In this document: positions 1 to 13,699 of the stretch, one piece after another
How positions within the stretch are numbered: the first letter of the stretch is position 1
Layout of the letters: every line of letters begins with the position of its first letter
NCBI RefSeq assembly: GCF_009914755.1
Contig: NC_060927.1
DNA length: 64,000 nt
Reading direction: 5' to 3' (one strand)
Source of the DNA: the human T2T-CHM13v2.0 reference genome, Homo sapiens
Notes under the pieces: model-generated
What the model was told of the DNA's origin: nothing
Seen by the model: only the letters and a program-made list of their open reading frames with translations
Databases searched by the model: none
Program-made: the position numbers and the translations under genes

Positions 1-530
1 AGGATCAGCATTTTGCTTCAGTTTCCTGTTCATAAAACTTTATAAAAACAACCCACCCATTTAAAAAAAACCTGTAACAATAGTTCACTATTCTTTTCCT
101 AAATGCTTGCCTCATGCCACTCTGAAATTAGGTGCCATCACGTTTCCTGAGTTATGGGCCCCAAACACCACATCCTTTTCCTCCCTCCCACACCCCCACC
201 CCACCTGGCATCATTCCTGAATTTAGATGCTTCTCCAGTTTCTGAGCTCAGTAGAGAGATGCCAACATTCTCCCTCCTACCTGTCCTGAAGTGGCCAAGC
301 ATCTGTACCAGCTGGAAGCAGGAATAATTGAGGCTTCCTTCCCCCAAATTAATTCTCACTTCCTAGAGAAGCTTTTAATATGGAAGGTTAAATTATAAAG
401 TGAAGAGCTAGTAAACTGAAAAAGAATAAGATATTTCCCTCCCACTCTGCCTTTACAGCAAAATTTTCTTTGTGGAATACTCAACACTCTGTCCTTCTTT
501 CTGGAAGAACATAGAATACAAGCTCTAGAA

Positions 531-752
531 CAAGCTTTTCCAACCCATGGCCCACAGGCTGCATGCATCCCAGGATGGCTTTGAATGTGGCCCAACATAA
601 ATTTGTAAACTTTCGTAAAACGTTATGAGACTTTTTTTTGCGATTTTTTTTAAGCTCATCAGCTATTGTTAGTGTTAGTGTATTTTATGTGTGGCCCAAG
701 ACAATTCTTCTTCCACTGTGGCCCACGGAAGCCAAAAGATTGGACACCTCTG
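531..752 (-). mobile_element. MER30 (hAT-Charlie non-autonomous DNA transposon), full length, inserted into a MIR
   Basis: Matches MER30 (ggacacctctg end, tgttagtgttagtgtattttatgtgtggcccaagacaattcttcttcc). 8-bp hAT-type TSD ctctagaa (523-530) / ctttagaa (753-760). Confidence 0.9.
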
Positions 753-760
753 CTTTAGAA

Positions 761-900
761 TGAGAAGCCTGGGTTCAAATACCAAGTTTTCACTTGCCAA
801 CTATATGACTTTGGACAGTTTACTTAATGATGACAAACATCAGTTTAAGCATCTATAAAATGGGGATATGAGAGTTTCAAGGTTTTAATGAGTTAAAAAC
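761..900 (+). mobile_element. MIR SINE fragment
   Basis: cctgggttcaaat...tgactttggacagtttacttaa...cagttt...atctataaaatgggga core. Confidence 0.75.
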
Positions 901-1100
901 ACATGAATAATCCAATAAGATAATATGTATGTCAGATTTCTAAGCATACAGTTAGCACGTCATGCTATTATTAACCCTTCCGGTAAATAAATCATCCTTC
1001 TCCCTTTTTTTTTAAATGAATTAAGGAAAAAAGGTGGAATTTGGAGAACTTTTCCAACACTCCTTGCTTCCAAAGACATTAATTCTTTGATTTAATCTTA

Positions 1101-1611
<511 letters not shown>

Positions 1612-2270
1612 TTAAACATAAATGTGTATGCTTCTGTGATTCTATTAAACAGCAAAGACTGAAGTGTATATGGAGTATTATCTTGATTTTATGCTATTTA
1701 ATTTCAGGAAAGCTTTCAAATAAAAATTCATATCTTATGTACTGATGAAAGCACCCTGTCTAAAATTAGCATGTTTGGTATAGGCAGCCCACATTTTGGG
1801 TTGGTTCAGCATGGTAATATTTTATGAAGGCTCATCAGAAAATTAAGCTCAATGTACTCATTTGTCAAGAAATGCATATGCATATAGATTCTTTTAATAT
1901 CAAATGGCAAAGCAAACAAGAGGTTGAAACAGAGGAAAGATCAACTATGAGAAAAGAATTACTGAGGGAAAATGGAGACAGACTACAAATGGGATAGAAC
2001 TGGCCTAAAATATACCACTGTCACTTAAAAATAGGTACTCGGTTACATAGTGCCTGTGTCATCTTTACAACAGCATTTGGTTCCTACACTGTCTTCTTCC
2101 TACAGGCCTGTTATGACTATGAGAGCTATCTGTTCCTTCAGTGGACCAAGTCTTGCTGCCTTGTGGATTCTGCCCAGTCACAGCTTCCCTTCTGCCCTTC
2201 AAGGGTGGGCTGCTTGCATCTAAGTGGTAGGGCCATACCTAATTCTGTTCTGGATATAACACAGATGACT

Positions 2271-2572
2271 GACTGGGCTTGGTGGCTGATGTCTATAATC
2301 CCAGTACTTTGGGAAGCTGAGGCAAGAGGATCACTTGAGGCCAGAAACTCAAGACCAGGCTGACCAACATAGTGAGATCCTGTCTGTACACAAAATGTAA
2401 AAATTTAGGAGGGCATGATGGTGCATTCCTATAGTCCTAACTACTTTAGAAGCTGAGGCAAGAGGATGGCTTGAGCCCAGGAGTTGGAGGTTACAGTGAG
2501 CTATGATTGTACCACTACACTCCAGCCTGAGTGACAGAGCAAGACTCTGTCTCTAAAAAACAAAACAAAAAT
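2271..2572 (+). mobile_element. AluJ-like
   Basis: Diverged dimeric Alu with A-rich tail. Confidence 0.93.
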
Positions 2573-2677
2573 ACACATCTAGATGGTTGCTGGCATGAGA
2601 TGCTAAACCACAGGCTTCTCAAAGCTGAGGGTTCTGTGCAACCCTGGCCAAACTTCTTACCCAAAATACTTACTTAC

Positions 2678-2707
2678 ATTAATGTTGTCCATTTATAAGA
2701 ATTAGAA
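2678..2707 (-). other. Candidate 30-nt micro-exon
   Basis: Minus strand: gtatctttgtttttag|TTCTAATTCTTATAAATGGACAACATTAAT|gtaagtaagt. Splice motifs only. Confidence 0.3.
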
Positions 2708-2809
2708 CTAAAAACAAAGATACCTTGCAGCAACTTCTAAATAGTGCCCCATAAATAACAAATAGCACTAGAATTACTTAATAAATCATAATCTTCATTA
2801 TTCTCTAGC

Positions 2810-2925
2810 ATCTGTTTCCCCTACTAGATTGTACGCTCCAAAAGAATCATGAATCGCTTGTACAAGGCTACATCCCCATTGCCAAAAGATGCCTGGCAAG
2901 TGATGAGAGCTCAGTAAATGATGCT
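2810..2925 (+). mobile_element. L2 3' end fragment
   Basis: ctgtttcccctactagattgta...tgcctggc...ctcagtaaat. Confidence 0.6.
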
Positions 2926-2939
2926 GAGAGCCGAAGAGG

Positions 2940-3140
2940 TGTTTGCTCTCTGCCAGGCACTGTGCTTTGACTTTAATGAAGTATCTCAAGTAATCCTTAC
3001 AACAATCCTATGAAATGAGTACTTCTATAGTAGGAGAAACTGAGGCACAGAGAGTTCAAGCAACTTGCCCAAAGTCACACAGCTAGTAAGCAGCAGAGCT
3101 GGAGTTCAAATGCAAGCACCTTGCTTCTAGAACCTCAAGT
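2940..3140 (-). mobile_element. MIR
   Basis: tgccaggcactgtgct...gaaactgaggcacagagag...acttgcccaaagtcacacagctagtaag. Confidence 0.85.
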
Positions 3141-3929
3141 TCCAATTCTGAAGCGGAACGTTAATTCACAGGCCAGTCACAAACCAGGGAGTCCTGAGGC
3201 CAGAGCCTATGATGCAAGGGTCAAGGATTTGAGCCTATATGATATGACTGAAAGAACACTGAATGAGAAGCAGTGCTGACTTGGGTCCAGTCCTGTGACG
3301 TTTTTGCTCACCAGCTTCCCCTGCTGATCAATCAGGGGGTTGGATGCTCACTCAAGTCCTTGTCAGGTGTCAACCCCAAGTGCTAGAGTCACCCTAGACA
3401 TAATCTCACATCCAGAAAACTACAGAGCACAGTGTGCTCTTCCACCTTCCACGAGGGAGAACCACCAAAATATCAACCATCAAGCAAGTTACTCAGTCTC
3501 TCAGAACTTCAGTTTCCTCATCTGCAATCAGGACCAAATAGCACCTACTTCAAAGGGTGGAGGTGAAGATTAGAGAGAAACCTGGTTAAGGGGCTACCAC
3601 ATAGTAATAATTTCATAAACAGTAGCTAGGTTTATTATGGTCCCAAACAGAGCGAGGAGATAAGTCTGGAGGAGGAACGAATCTCTTCAAAACCCAGGAA
3701 CCAACCAACCAGTTGGAAAGACAGCTCTGAAACTCAGATTTTTAAACAATTTCTAACAGTAGACTACATGTGTGGCACATCATCCAAGCAAAAAGTTCCA
3801 TATCAGATTCTCTTTCAACAAATGGAGTAATAAAGACAGGTTTGAGTTAACTTCAGCTGGAACAGAAAGAACCATTATGACTTGGGAAGTTCACACCTGA
3901 GTGCTGAAAAGCTAGAAAATAATGTTAGG

Positions 3930-4140
3930 TGCCATTTGCCTTATGCCAGACCTGTGACAAGCATGTGACATATATTACCTTACTGAATCCTCACAACCTG
4001 CTGAAGAGGGTACTGCCCTGTTGTATAAATGAGGGCATGGAGGCTCAGAGAAGATAAGTAACTTGCTCAAGATCACACAGCTACTAAATAGCCATGCCAG
4101 AACTTACTTAGTCTGCCAGAACGTTGATGGTCTTAACCAC
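3930..4140 (-). mobile_element. MIR
   Basis: aatcctcacaac...gaggctcagag...aagtaacttgctcaagatcacacagcta. Confidence 0.8.
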
Positions 4141-4551
4141 AAAGCTACACCCTTCCCCAAAGATAGCGTGTCATTGGCCCCAGCATGCCCCGTACCCACA
4201 GGGCAATCATGTCCACACCATGGGCAAGTGGCTTTATAGGAAGGCCACGCATGGGGGATCAAGTGGCCTTGGGTTTTGGTCCCTGTTTACCCACAGACTG
4301 TGGCAGCTATGGACAAGTCATTTAACTTTCCTGGACCCTGTTTTGATCAAACAGAATGTACTGGATTAAAGTTTTTCAGTCCAAGTCTTGTGGAACATTA
4401 ATCACTTACATTTTATACCCGAGAGGTTAGGGATAAAAGAGGAGCCAAAGACATAATGAGCTAACCCTCTGTCCTGGGACTCTGGCTAGGGGAAGAAGTG
4501 GAACACATTTGTTACCAAACAGAACTGGGTGACCCTCAGTTCCCTTCTATC

Positions 4552-4607
4552 TTGAAAATTCTGAAACTCTACTGAAAATTCTGAAATTCTCCTGAAAATT
4601 CTGAATT
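4552..4607. repeat. 20-bp tandem repeat, about 2.7 copies (ctgaaaattctgaaa[c/t]tct[a/c])
   Basis: Period-20 repeat visible directly. Confidence 0.85.
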
Positions 4608-5055
4608 TTATGTGACAGGAGAGGACAAAGAAGAAAAGGACTTCAGGGAGTCATGTGGGAGGTGGCAGGGTGGCCATCTCAAAGCTATGTTTGCACAGCG
4701 ACTACAGTGTACATGCTTAGCTGGTAAGCTTATTTGAGGTGCTTCTGGAGTGAGGGGGCTGGTGGAGATAATGGGAAAGGAAGCTAAATTCCTCCTCTTG
4801 AAATGACTAGTATTGCATACAGCAAGCACTCAATAGATGCTGATAGAACTGAATTCAAAGGAAAAAAGACCTGGATCAAACTGATAGAAGTTGAGCTGCT
4901 GCTCAAGATGTATGAATATCTCAAAAATGCTAACAATTGCTTTTGTTCTCAGCCACCCACCCTGCCATAAGCCATTTTCAGTCTCAAGATCAATTCTTTT
5001 TCGTGAGAATGAGCATACCTCTTTCAGCAGGATAACCACAGGTAAACCTCCCCCT

Positions 5056-5069
5056 GCACCCCCTGCTGC
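5056..5069 (-). promoter_or_regulatory. Possible CTCF motif
   Basis: Minus strand GCAGCAGGGGGTGC vs CTCF core CCAGCAGGGGGCGC (2 mismatches). Confidence 0.3.
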
Positions 5070-5850
5070 CATCCTACGCGCTTGGAATATGAACAAAGGT
5101 GAACTGTCTGGCTGATAAAGAATTCTGCTTGTTTTCATTTGTATCTTTGCCCAGGGTCGTGGCAAATATTGTTTCATGGGTTTCCAGCTTTGTTTTTGGA
5201 GCTCAAAGGATAAAGTGCTCCCACAAGAAAGAATAAAGAGAGAGGAAAGAAGGTAACGAAAAAAACTATTTCATTCAAACAGCAGAAGTCCTTTCTTCCC
5301 AGGAAAGGTGACAGTATGCTACATCCTCTGTCTGAGCTGCCAAAGTCTCCATCTAGAGATACTGACAGCAACAATAAACTTAAAGAATTTTTTTATACTT
5401 GTATTCTAAAAACAGGACTTAAGAGAAGACTAAAGTCTTCTGATTCCCAGCTGATGTTTTTACCATAAAACTAGGCTGCCTCATGAACATATTCCCCGGG
5501 CCACAAAAAGGTTGACTCATAATAGGCACTCAATAAATATTTGTTGAATGAATTAAAGAACAAAAGAAAGGAAAAGGCACAGAAGGTATGTATCAAGGGC
5601 TGTCAACATAAGAGGACCAATTGGTTGACATTTAAAAAGCTTTGTGTATCTTTGAACTCAGGTCCAGAATAGTCCCTCCCTCATCCTTCTCCATGTTTTA
5701 AAATACCATTCATTATTCAAGTCTCAGACCAAGTTTTTCTTCTGAGAAGCTTTCCCAGGTCAACCCAGCCCTGTGGAGCTAGTTTATTCTTTTGAGTTCT
5801 AACAATTCTTATTACTACCACTTAATTAACCATGTTCTACCAGGTGGCAG

Positions 5851-6449
<599 letters not shown>

Positions 6450-6860
6450 AAGCTAATGTCATCATTTATTCCTACATTCAACTTTTATTGACCTACCAGT
6501 TTAATGGTCAATTGAATTTTTGTGCTGTTATACTACTGCCAGGGGAGGCCAGTAGCAACTGGTATCTGCTCAGCTGTATAAGACTCTACCCAGGGAGGTA
6601 CTGTAAGGATGTGCTGTGCCCTCAAAATAACTTCATGCTAAAATTAAGGAAGATGCTTATCAAACCTCCAGATCTACTCACCAGTTTACAGAAAACGGGG
6701 ATAGAGGAAAACATTAAAACACATAATGAGAAAGCACACCTGAATCCTGGCTAGAAAATATTCTGCCAGAAAAATGACCTGGTTTCCTCAGCAAGAGGGT
6801 AAAAAAAAGGGGGGGACAGTGAGATTTTTCACAATAACAATGATAAGAAATGGGTGGACC

Positions 6861-6998
6861 AGTCAGGCACAGTGGTATATGCCTGTAGTCCCAGCTACTT
6901 GGAAAGCTGAGGCAAGAGATCACTTGAGCATAGGAGTTTGAGACCAGCCTGGGCAACATAGTAAAGACCTTCTCTCTTAAAAAAGAAGGAAACAAAGG
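6861..6998 (+). mobile_element. FLAM (free left Alu monomer)
   Basis: Single monomer, A-rich tail, TSD aatg[g/a]gtggacc. Confidence 0.85.
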
Positions 6999-7217
6999 AA
7001 TGAGTGGACCATGTTGGGATACTGATTCAAACAAATTAACTGTACAAGGACGTCTTTGAGACAAATTAACAAGAATTCTTCAGTATCACCAAATGTGCAG
7101 TCTGAAGTAAAATTTGAATATGAGGACATGCAACTTTGGACTGAATATTAGATAACATTGAGGAATTATTGTTAATCTTGTCAGATGGGATAAGGGATGG
7201 TGACTTATGAAAAAAAA

Positions 7218-7523
7218 GTGGTGGTTCATGCCTGTAATCCCAGCACTTTGGGAGGCCAAGGTGGGTGAATCACTTGAGCCCCAGGAGTTTGAGACTAGCC
7301 TGGGCAGCATGGTGAAACTCCACCTCTACAAAAAAAAAAAAATACAAAACATTAGCCAGGTTTAGTAGGTGCATGCCTGTAATCCCAGCTACCTGGGAGG
7401 CACCTGAGCCTAGGAGACAGAGGCTGCAGTGAATGCAGTGAGCAGTGATCGGGCCACTGCACTCCAGCCTGGGCAACAGAGTGAGAGACCCTGTCTCAAA
7501 AAAAAATAAATAAATAAAAAAAA
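7218..7523 (+). mobile_element. AluJ-like
   Basis: Dimeric Alu with A tail. Confidence 0.93.
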
Positions 7524-8027
7524 TAGGGTCCTTATCAGGTAGAGAGGTATAGCAGAGTACTGATGAGTAAAGTGATATATGGCCAAGGTTTGCTTAAAAT
7601 ACTCCTAAAAACACAGTGTAGTGAGACTGGGAAGAAGTTAGTAATTGTTGAAGCTGGATGATGGTGACCAGGTGCTAATTATACTATCCTCTCTACTTTT
7701 CCAGTATAAGCAGATCACAAGGTATCATGATTAACAAACTAAGTTATTCAACTTAGAAAGTTATAATTTCTTGTTATATGCTGGTGAGGGTACAGTTTCT
7801 CCAGATATCATATTTAACACTAAATTATCCAACTTAAAAATTATCATTTTTGGTTGGTCAATGCCATTGAGGTTATAAGTGAAAATGGCATGTGTAGAAC
7901 CATTGATGACAGTAAAAACTACTGTGATATCTAGAGATGTCAATACCTACCAAGAGCAATACAAATATGCAAATATCTTAGCCCAATATCTCTACATGTG
8001 TGACTTTACCAAAATAAAATAATCCAA

Positions 8028-8301
8028 TGGCTGGGCTCACACCTGTAATCCCAGCACTTTGGGAGGCCGAGGTGGGTGGATCACCTGAGGTCAGAAGTTT
8101 GAGACCAGCCTGGCCAACATTGTGAAACCTTGTCTGTACTGAAAATGCAAAAATTAGCCGGGCATGGTGGGGCAAGCCTGTAGTACTAGGTACTCGGGAG
8201 GCTGAGGCAGGAGAATCGCTGGAACCGGGGAGGTGGAGGTTGCAGTAAGCCAAGTCGCACCACTGCACTCCAGCCTGGACGACAGAGAAAGACTCTGTCT
8301 C
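8028..8301 (+). mobile_element. AluS-like
   Basis: ggatcacctgaggtcag...ggagaatcgct diagnostic segments. Confidence 0.93.
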
Positions 8302-8361
8302 GAGAAGAGAAGAGAAGAGAAGAGAAGAGAAGAGAAGAGAAGAGAAGAGAAGAGAAGAGAA
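8302..8361 (+). repeat. (GAGAA)n pentanucleotide microsatellite in Alu tail
   Basis: About 12 perfect units visible. Confidence 0.95.
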
Positions 8362-8449
8362 GCGAGGAAAAGAAAAGAAAAGAATCTAAAAGAAGAAAAG
8401 ATTTTCAGTGTAGTGTCATCTAAATAGTGATAATTAGAAATAATAATAG

Positions 8450-8665
8450 ACTAGCTACTAAGTATGAAGAATACACTATGTACTAGGAACTATGTTAAAT
8501 GCTTTATATACGTTATTCTCCTCTGAACAACCCTTTCAGGAAAGTATTATCATTCCCATGGCACAGATGAAGAAAGCAAGCCCTTAAGATCGCACAGCTA
8601 GGAAGTGGCACAGCAGGAAATCTGGGTCAGGCTGGCTCCAGGGCCCACACTTTCCAGTCCTGCAC
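8450..8665 (-). mobile_element. MIR
   Basis: tactatgtactaggaactatgttaaatgcttta...acagatgaagaaa...cacagctaggaagtggc. Confidence 0.75.
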
Positions 8666-8907
8666 TAATTGCCCTGAAATCCAAATGTCAGGCAATAGGG
8701 AATGTTTAATTAGATTATAGGACATCCACTGCATGAACACTGCATAAACAAGTATACTGATGAAGCCAAGCAAAATGGGAACATGCTAAGTTAATGAAAA
8801 GCAGGATGAAAACTGTTTATGAGGGCACCTATATGTATATATATATGTGAAATATACATGTGGAAAAGCTTGGCAGGGAAAATACACAAAATAAAAATCA
8901 CGGTTGT

Positions 8908-9197
8908 GGCCGGGTGCAGTGATTCATACCTATAATCCTAGCACTTTGGGAGGCCAAGGCAGGTTGATTGCCTGAGCTCAAGACCAGCCTGGGCAACACG
9001 GTGAAACCCCATCTGTACTAGAATTACAAAAATTAGCTGGGTGTGGTGGCAGGCACCTGTAATCCCAGCTACTCCAGAGGCTGAGTCAACGAGAATCACT
9101 TGAACCTGGAAGGTGGCGGTTGCAGTGAGCCGAGGTCATGCCACTGCACTCCAGCCAGGGTGACAGAGTAAGACTCTGAAAAAAAAAAAAAAAAAAA
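8908..9197 (+). mobile_element. AluS-like
   Basis: Dimeric Alu, TSD aaaaatcacggt. Confidence 0.95.
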
Positions 9198-10729
9198 TCA
9201 CGGTGTATCAGAAGGAAGGTCTCCCAATGATGGGCCATGTGGTTATGTTGTTTTTATTAAAAAGGGGAGAGGTAATGGAACTGAGGTGCACACAGCTGCT
9301 GATAGAACCAAGGCATTTTGGTAGTGGTGTTTCCGTAAATATTGTAAACCATCAGTCTCTTCAAATTTGTTTCTTCTTCTTTGGAACACTACCAAAACTA
9401 AAAGAAGAAATATTCCACTTTTCCTCCCCATGTATCTTTCCAATGACCTCTGCTAGGAATTCACCTACTTTTGATCAGGAAGCAATCATTATTATCCTAT
9501 AGTTTCCTCTTGCAGCAGATGCAGAGTAAAATGTTACAATATAAATGTATGTCTTAAATATAAGAGGGAAAAAAAGACAACAGCTCAAATGAATCTATAA
9601 AGGCTTGTTTAATGATTGAAGTTCTCTCTGAGTCTTGTGAAATCCTCTCACAGGTCATTTGTTATTAGCATGACTGAAAAAGTCACCAGAAAGCAGGAGC
9701 CCCAATTCTCCATCTTGTCATGGTCCAGCCAGGCACATCCTAACTGCATCTACCAGACTGCTAATCACCTCAAAATCCAACCCCACAGCCCAGCCTCCTG
9801 TTCTCACTTTTCTCCTCCTGCCCTTCACCTTGCTTGGAAAGACACATCTGACTGGCTCCCAGAATCAAGTTCACTGGGAGATTGTGGACTTGGAAGTGCT
9901 TTGGAATCTATGAAATGCTCTACAGATGGGAGGTTATCTTGATTAAAAAGCTGATATGTGCCCTTGTGTATTTCTTTTGCCATAAATGAATTCCAGAGAT
10001 GTTCCTTGGGGAGAGAAAGAAAACCCCAAATAACTAGACCCCAGGTTATTTTAACTGCCAGAACCAGGGTTGCAATAAATAATCAACTTCTTATGACAAA
10101 GCTTTTGTAACTGCCCAGGGGATAATTATCACCTGAAAAAGGCACTAATCTGTGAGCCAAACCACATGACCATTTGTGAGTCTATGTGGTATTTGTCAGT
10201 ACCTGTCACCAAGATAACAGCTTAATCTTGAAAAGGGGAGTAAGAATATGTTAGAGGAGACTTTCAAGAGATTCCCCTTTAAAAAACTAAACAAAGAGAA
10301 AAGATCTTGAGGAAAGGAAAAAAAAAAACAAAAAACAGAACGAGCCAGATGGACGAGAAGGCTGTACTAAAACCAGTCCTTCAGGGAGTTAGTGCAAACT
10401 TTTGTCAAAGATTATGGAAAAGCTACTGTTTCAAAGCCTGTGGACATCAGAGGAAAAAACACAAGAGATAGTTTGCTTAACAGAGAGCTTTAAGCAATTC
10501 AAGTTCAAACAGAATTCCAGGAATTAAGAAGAGAGGAAATTGCAAGGTGCTTTGCAAACCACTGCAAAGAAAAAGATGTTTACAAAATGTCAGTGATAAA
10601 AATGGAGATTTTGTTGTGGTGGTATTTATTTTGGAGGGGGAAGGAGTAAGAATGGGACATAACAATAGTAATAGTAATCATAAATGGTTGCTTTACTAGC
10701 AGCCAGGCTTTTTTGATCACAATTAGGGG

Positions 10730-10930
10730 CAGCATTGTGCTGAGCACTTTGTAAGTATCATCTCCTTTAATCCCCAGGACAACCTTTAGAGCTCAATCCT
10801 TCTAATGACTCCCATTATAGATGAGGAAACTGAGATTCGGTCAGGCTCTACTACTTCTTTGAGGTCAGAGTGACAGGATTATGATTCAAACCCAAATTTG
10901 CTTAAAAGCCTAGCCTTTGAACCATTTACA
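10730..10930 (-). mobile_element. MIR
   Basis: tgtgctgagcacttt...cccattatagatgaggaaactgaga. Confidence 0.8.
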
Positions 10931-11349
10931 CACTAGTATATAATTACCAGGTCTCACAGCTCAATACTGTTTTTGAAGATTATTGGCGATTATTAAGTTC
11001 AGAGCTGATGACCAGCTTGGTCAGCTTTCCACGTGCTTGCCTTCTTTCCTAAAGATAAAATGAGAGGAATGAACTACTATCCAGTCCACTTTAGCAATTG
11101 TTTAGGGTGTTTTCTGGAAACTGTGGGAAGGAATGGATTAGAAAAATCTAGGAGTTCATTTATAGCCCATCATTAAGAGCTAATGATATAAGAGGATTCT
11201 CAGAGTAAAACACTTCAGTGGCATCACTGTTTAAAGATTTTGTTAAACGATGTATACCTGTAAAAAAGAGTGAAGAAACTCTGTGAGGTGACAAGGTCAG
11301 GGTGACACAAGCCAGTTAATTATGCAGCACTGTTAGGAATCCATATACT

Positions 11350-11560
11350 GGAGTGTAGCAGCCCCAGTCTGGATTCTGATTCCACCAGTAATTTGCTCTG
11401 AGACCCTGGGTGAGTGAGTAATCTTTCTGAGCCTCAGTTTCCTCGCCTATAAAATGGGGATGAAAAGAGTACCTCCCTCATAGGGCTATTGTGAAAACTG
11501 CATGAGATGATGCAGTGAAGGCACAGGGCACAGTGCCAGGCATGGTAAACGTCAGCTAAT
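11350..11560 (+). mobile_element. MIR
   Basis: tctgagcctcagtttcctcgcctataaaatggggat. Confidence 0.85.
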
Positions 11561-12099
11561 ATTCCTGGCACAGCCAACAAAGTAGCCATGCCACTCCACT
11601 TACAGAGACCCCTGCACTCCACGCCACATTCTTCACAAGCTATAGAATATTCAGGTGTGGAATGAGTTCTAAAATGACGTTCACAAAAGCACCAATTTAA
11701 GAATCCAGCCCAATTTGAGACCTCACTCTTTTTCCAAACTATAGTCAGCAGTTGGGAAGAGGGAAACAATCCCTCTCTATGTTCTTTTCTGCTGGGATTT
11801 GGTATTTGACAAATGCCAATTACATGATGATAGCTTTTCTGACAAATTCCATTTAGGATCTCAGAAACCCATCATCAGTAATAGGCAGCAACATTTTCTG
11901 TTTGTTTAGTTTTATCTTGTAATGCAGTTGAGAATCGACTAAAGTTATTGCTCTTATCACATGACAGCAACTCGGTGAGGCTTCATTTTTATAGGCTTAA
12001 CAGAGTCCATCTACTCTATTCAAGACTTTCATTGTTTGTGATGCTGGCCACCTGGAGCCAATTATTTAAGAGCTTCAAGAACAAGCAGCTCATACTGCG

Positions 12100-12675
12100 G
12101 TGCATTCTGGGGCTTTGGCTCACTCAGCTTGGGTTCCTCCCTTTTCTGATCATGGCTCTACAACTTTCTTTAGGGAAACTGCCTCTCCCCAATTCTCAGA
12201 GCTTATGGTTAAAATGGGACTGAGCCTGCTATCAGTTTCTTTGGGAGTACATGTGACTCAGGACTGACCAATCAGCAACCCTTCCTTCTAGTAACTGGTT
12301 CAGTTCCTTCTAGTAACTGGTTCAGGAAGAGGCATGAGAACCAGGCTTGGGATTTTTGCAAGAGAAACTAGACAAGAAAGTACCCTTAAGTTAGAAGGGG
12401 GTAAGCTTGGCACTCATTGTTTGTGGTCATCTTTCTACCAGAAGGGGAGAGCATATCTGAGAATGAAAGCAACAAGGAAAAATGAAAGCTGAGAAGTGAG
12501 GAGAAAAAGAGATTCCTAAGCAAAAATAAGCACCTGGATCCAGCCATGCCTGAAGGTTTGACTGTTACATAAGCATGACACCTGGTCTTTTCTGTTACCT
12601 AAACATAAATTCTCTATTTGCTTAAAGAAATTTGAGCTATGTTTCTGTCACAACTAGAAGCATTTTGATTCAAAT
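12100..12675 (+). mobile_element. ERVL-class solo LTR (LTR16/LTR33-like)
   Basis: catgtgactcaggactgaccaatcag, cctggatccagccatgcctgaag, tttgcttaa...tttgagct...tttctgtcac. Confidence 0.7.
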
Positions 12676-13279
12676 ATATACAAAAGAGACTCTACCACAT
12701 AAATGAGTAGCTGCCTTCTTACTTTTTTGCACTATTCAGGATTTATATTATATATCTAAGTCTTGCTTCCCTCAACAAGATCATAAGCTCTTTGAGACTA
12801 GGAGACAAGCATAATAACCTATTGATACAGCCATACACTTTGGCCAAAAACAAACCCATGAGGGCTAAGGAATTATTTCATAACGATATCAAAGAGAAGA
12901 AAGTAGGAAAATGTCAAGGATGTTTCACAGGTTAGGTTTTGAAGGCTGATGGCATGGGGAGTCAGGGATCTCATAAGTATCCAAAGCTACCTCCAAAAGC
13001 TTCATTTGTTTAGTTGCCCACTCCTGAACCTCACATTTTACACTTTACCAGCTCAGCAGATGGAAAACCCCTACCAAAGTATCAGACTAAAGGTCTTCTA
13101 ACTAGAACTGTGAAGAAGTCACTGCTTGTCACCCAATGGTACCAATAAATCTGCTTTTTTGCTTAAATGAAAATTCACTACCCCTAATATTCTTCATATG
13201 CCAACTCTGACCACATTTGGATAGGATAATTTTATTTGAGTGCTTTAAAAAGTGTTTTTTTATTTTTTAATTTTTTTTC

Positions 13280-13620
13280 ACATTGTATACCAGGATAAGC
13301 ACCAAATACATCAAAGATGTAAATGTAAATATGAAAACATAAAAGAGAAGAAGATGGGCCTTTCCCTAGTGTAGGAAAGACCTTGCTAACTACGACTCAA
13401 AGTCCGGAAGCCAGAAAAGATTGATAAAATTTGTATCCTAAAATATAAAAAGATAAAATCACTTTAAACACTTTTACATGGCAAACAAGAACAACAATGA
13501 AAATATAAGCAAAGACAAATGACGAACTGGGAAAATATAGTTACAACTCGTATCCATTTCAGCACCAATCTCTGTAATATATAAAGACTTCCTAGAAATC
13601 AAGAAGCAAAGGACAACCAC
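13280..13620 (+). mobile_element. Degenerate L1M ORF2 fragment
   Basis: atcaaagatgtaaatgtaaa, aaagacaaatgacgaactgggaaaatat, taatatataaagacttcctagaaatcaa. Confidence 0.7.
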
Positions 13621-13699
13621 TGTCTCTGTATGACTCATTCATGTTACAACATCACAAGGAGCAATGTCAATTATTGGGCATGAACATTTTAAGAGATAG

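Larger units (their letters stand above)
6700..7700 (+). mobile_element. Old L1M (L1MC/ME-type) 3' region interrupted by Alus
   Basis: ggaattattgttaat, taattgttgaagctggatgatgg, attatactatcctctctactttt: typical L1M 3' UTR motifs. Confidence 0.7.

Noticed and set aside
8233-8427. EEKRR-repeat ORF
   Set aside because: Translation of the (GAGAA)n Alu tail.
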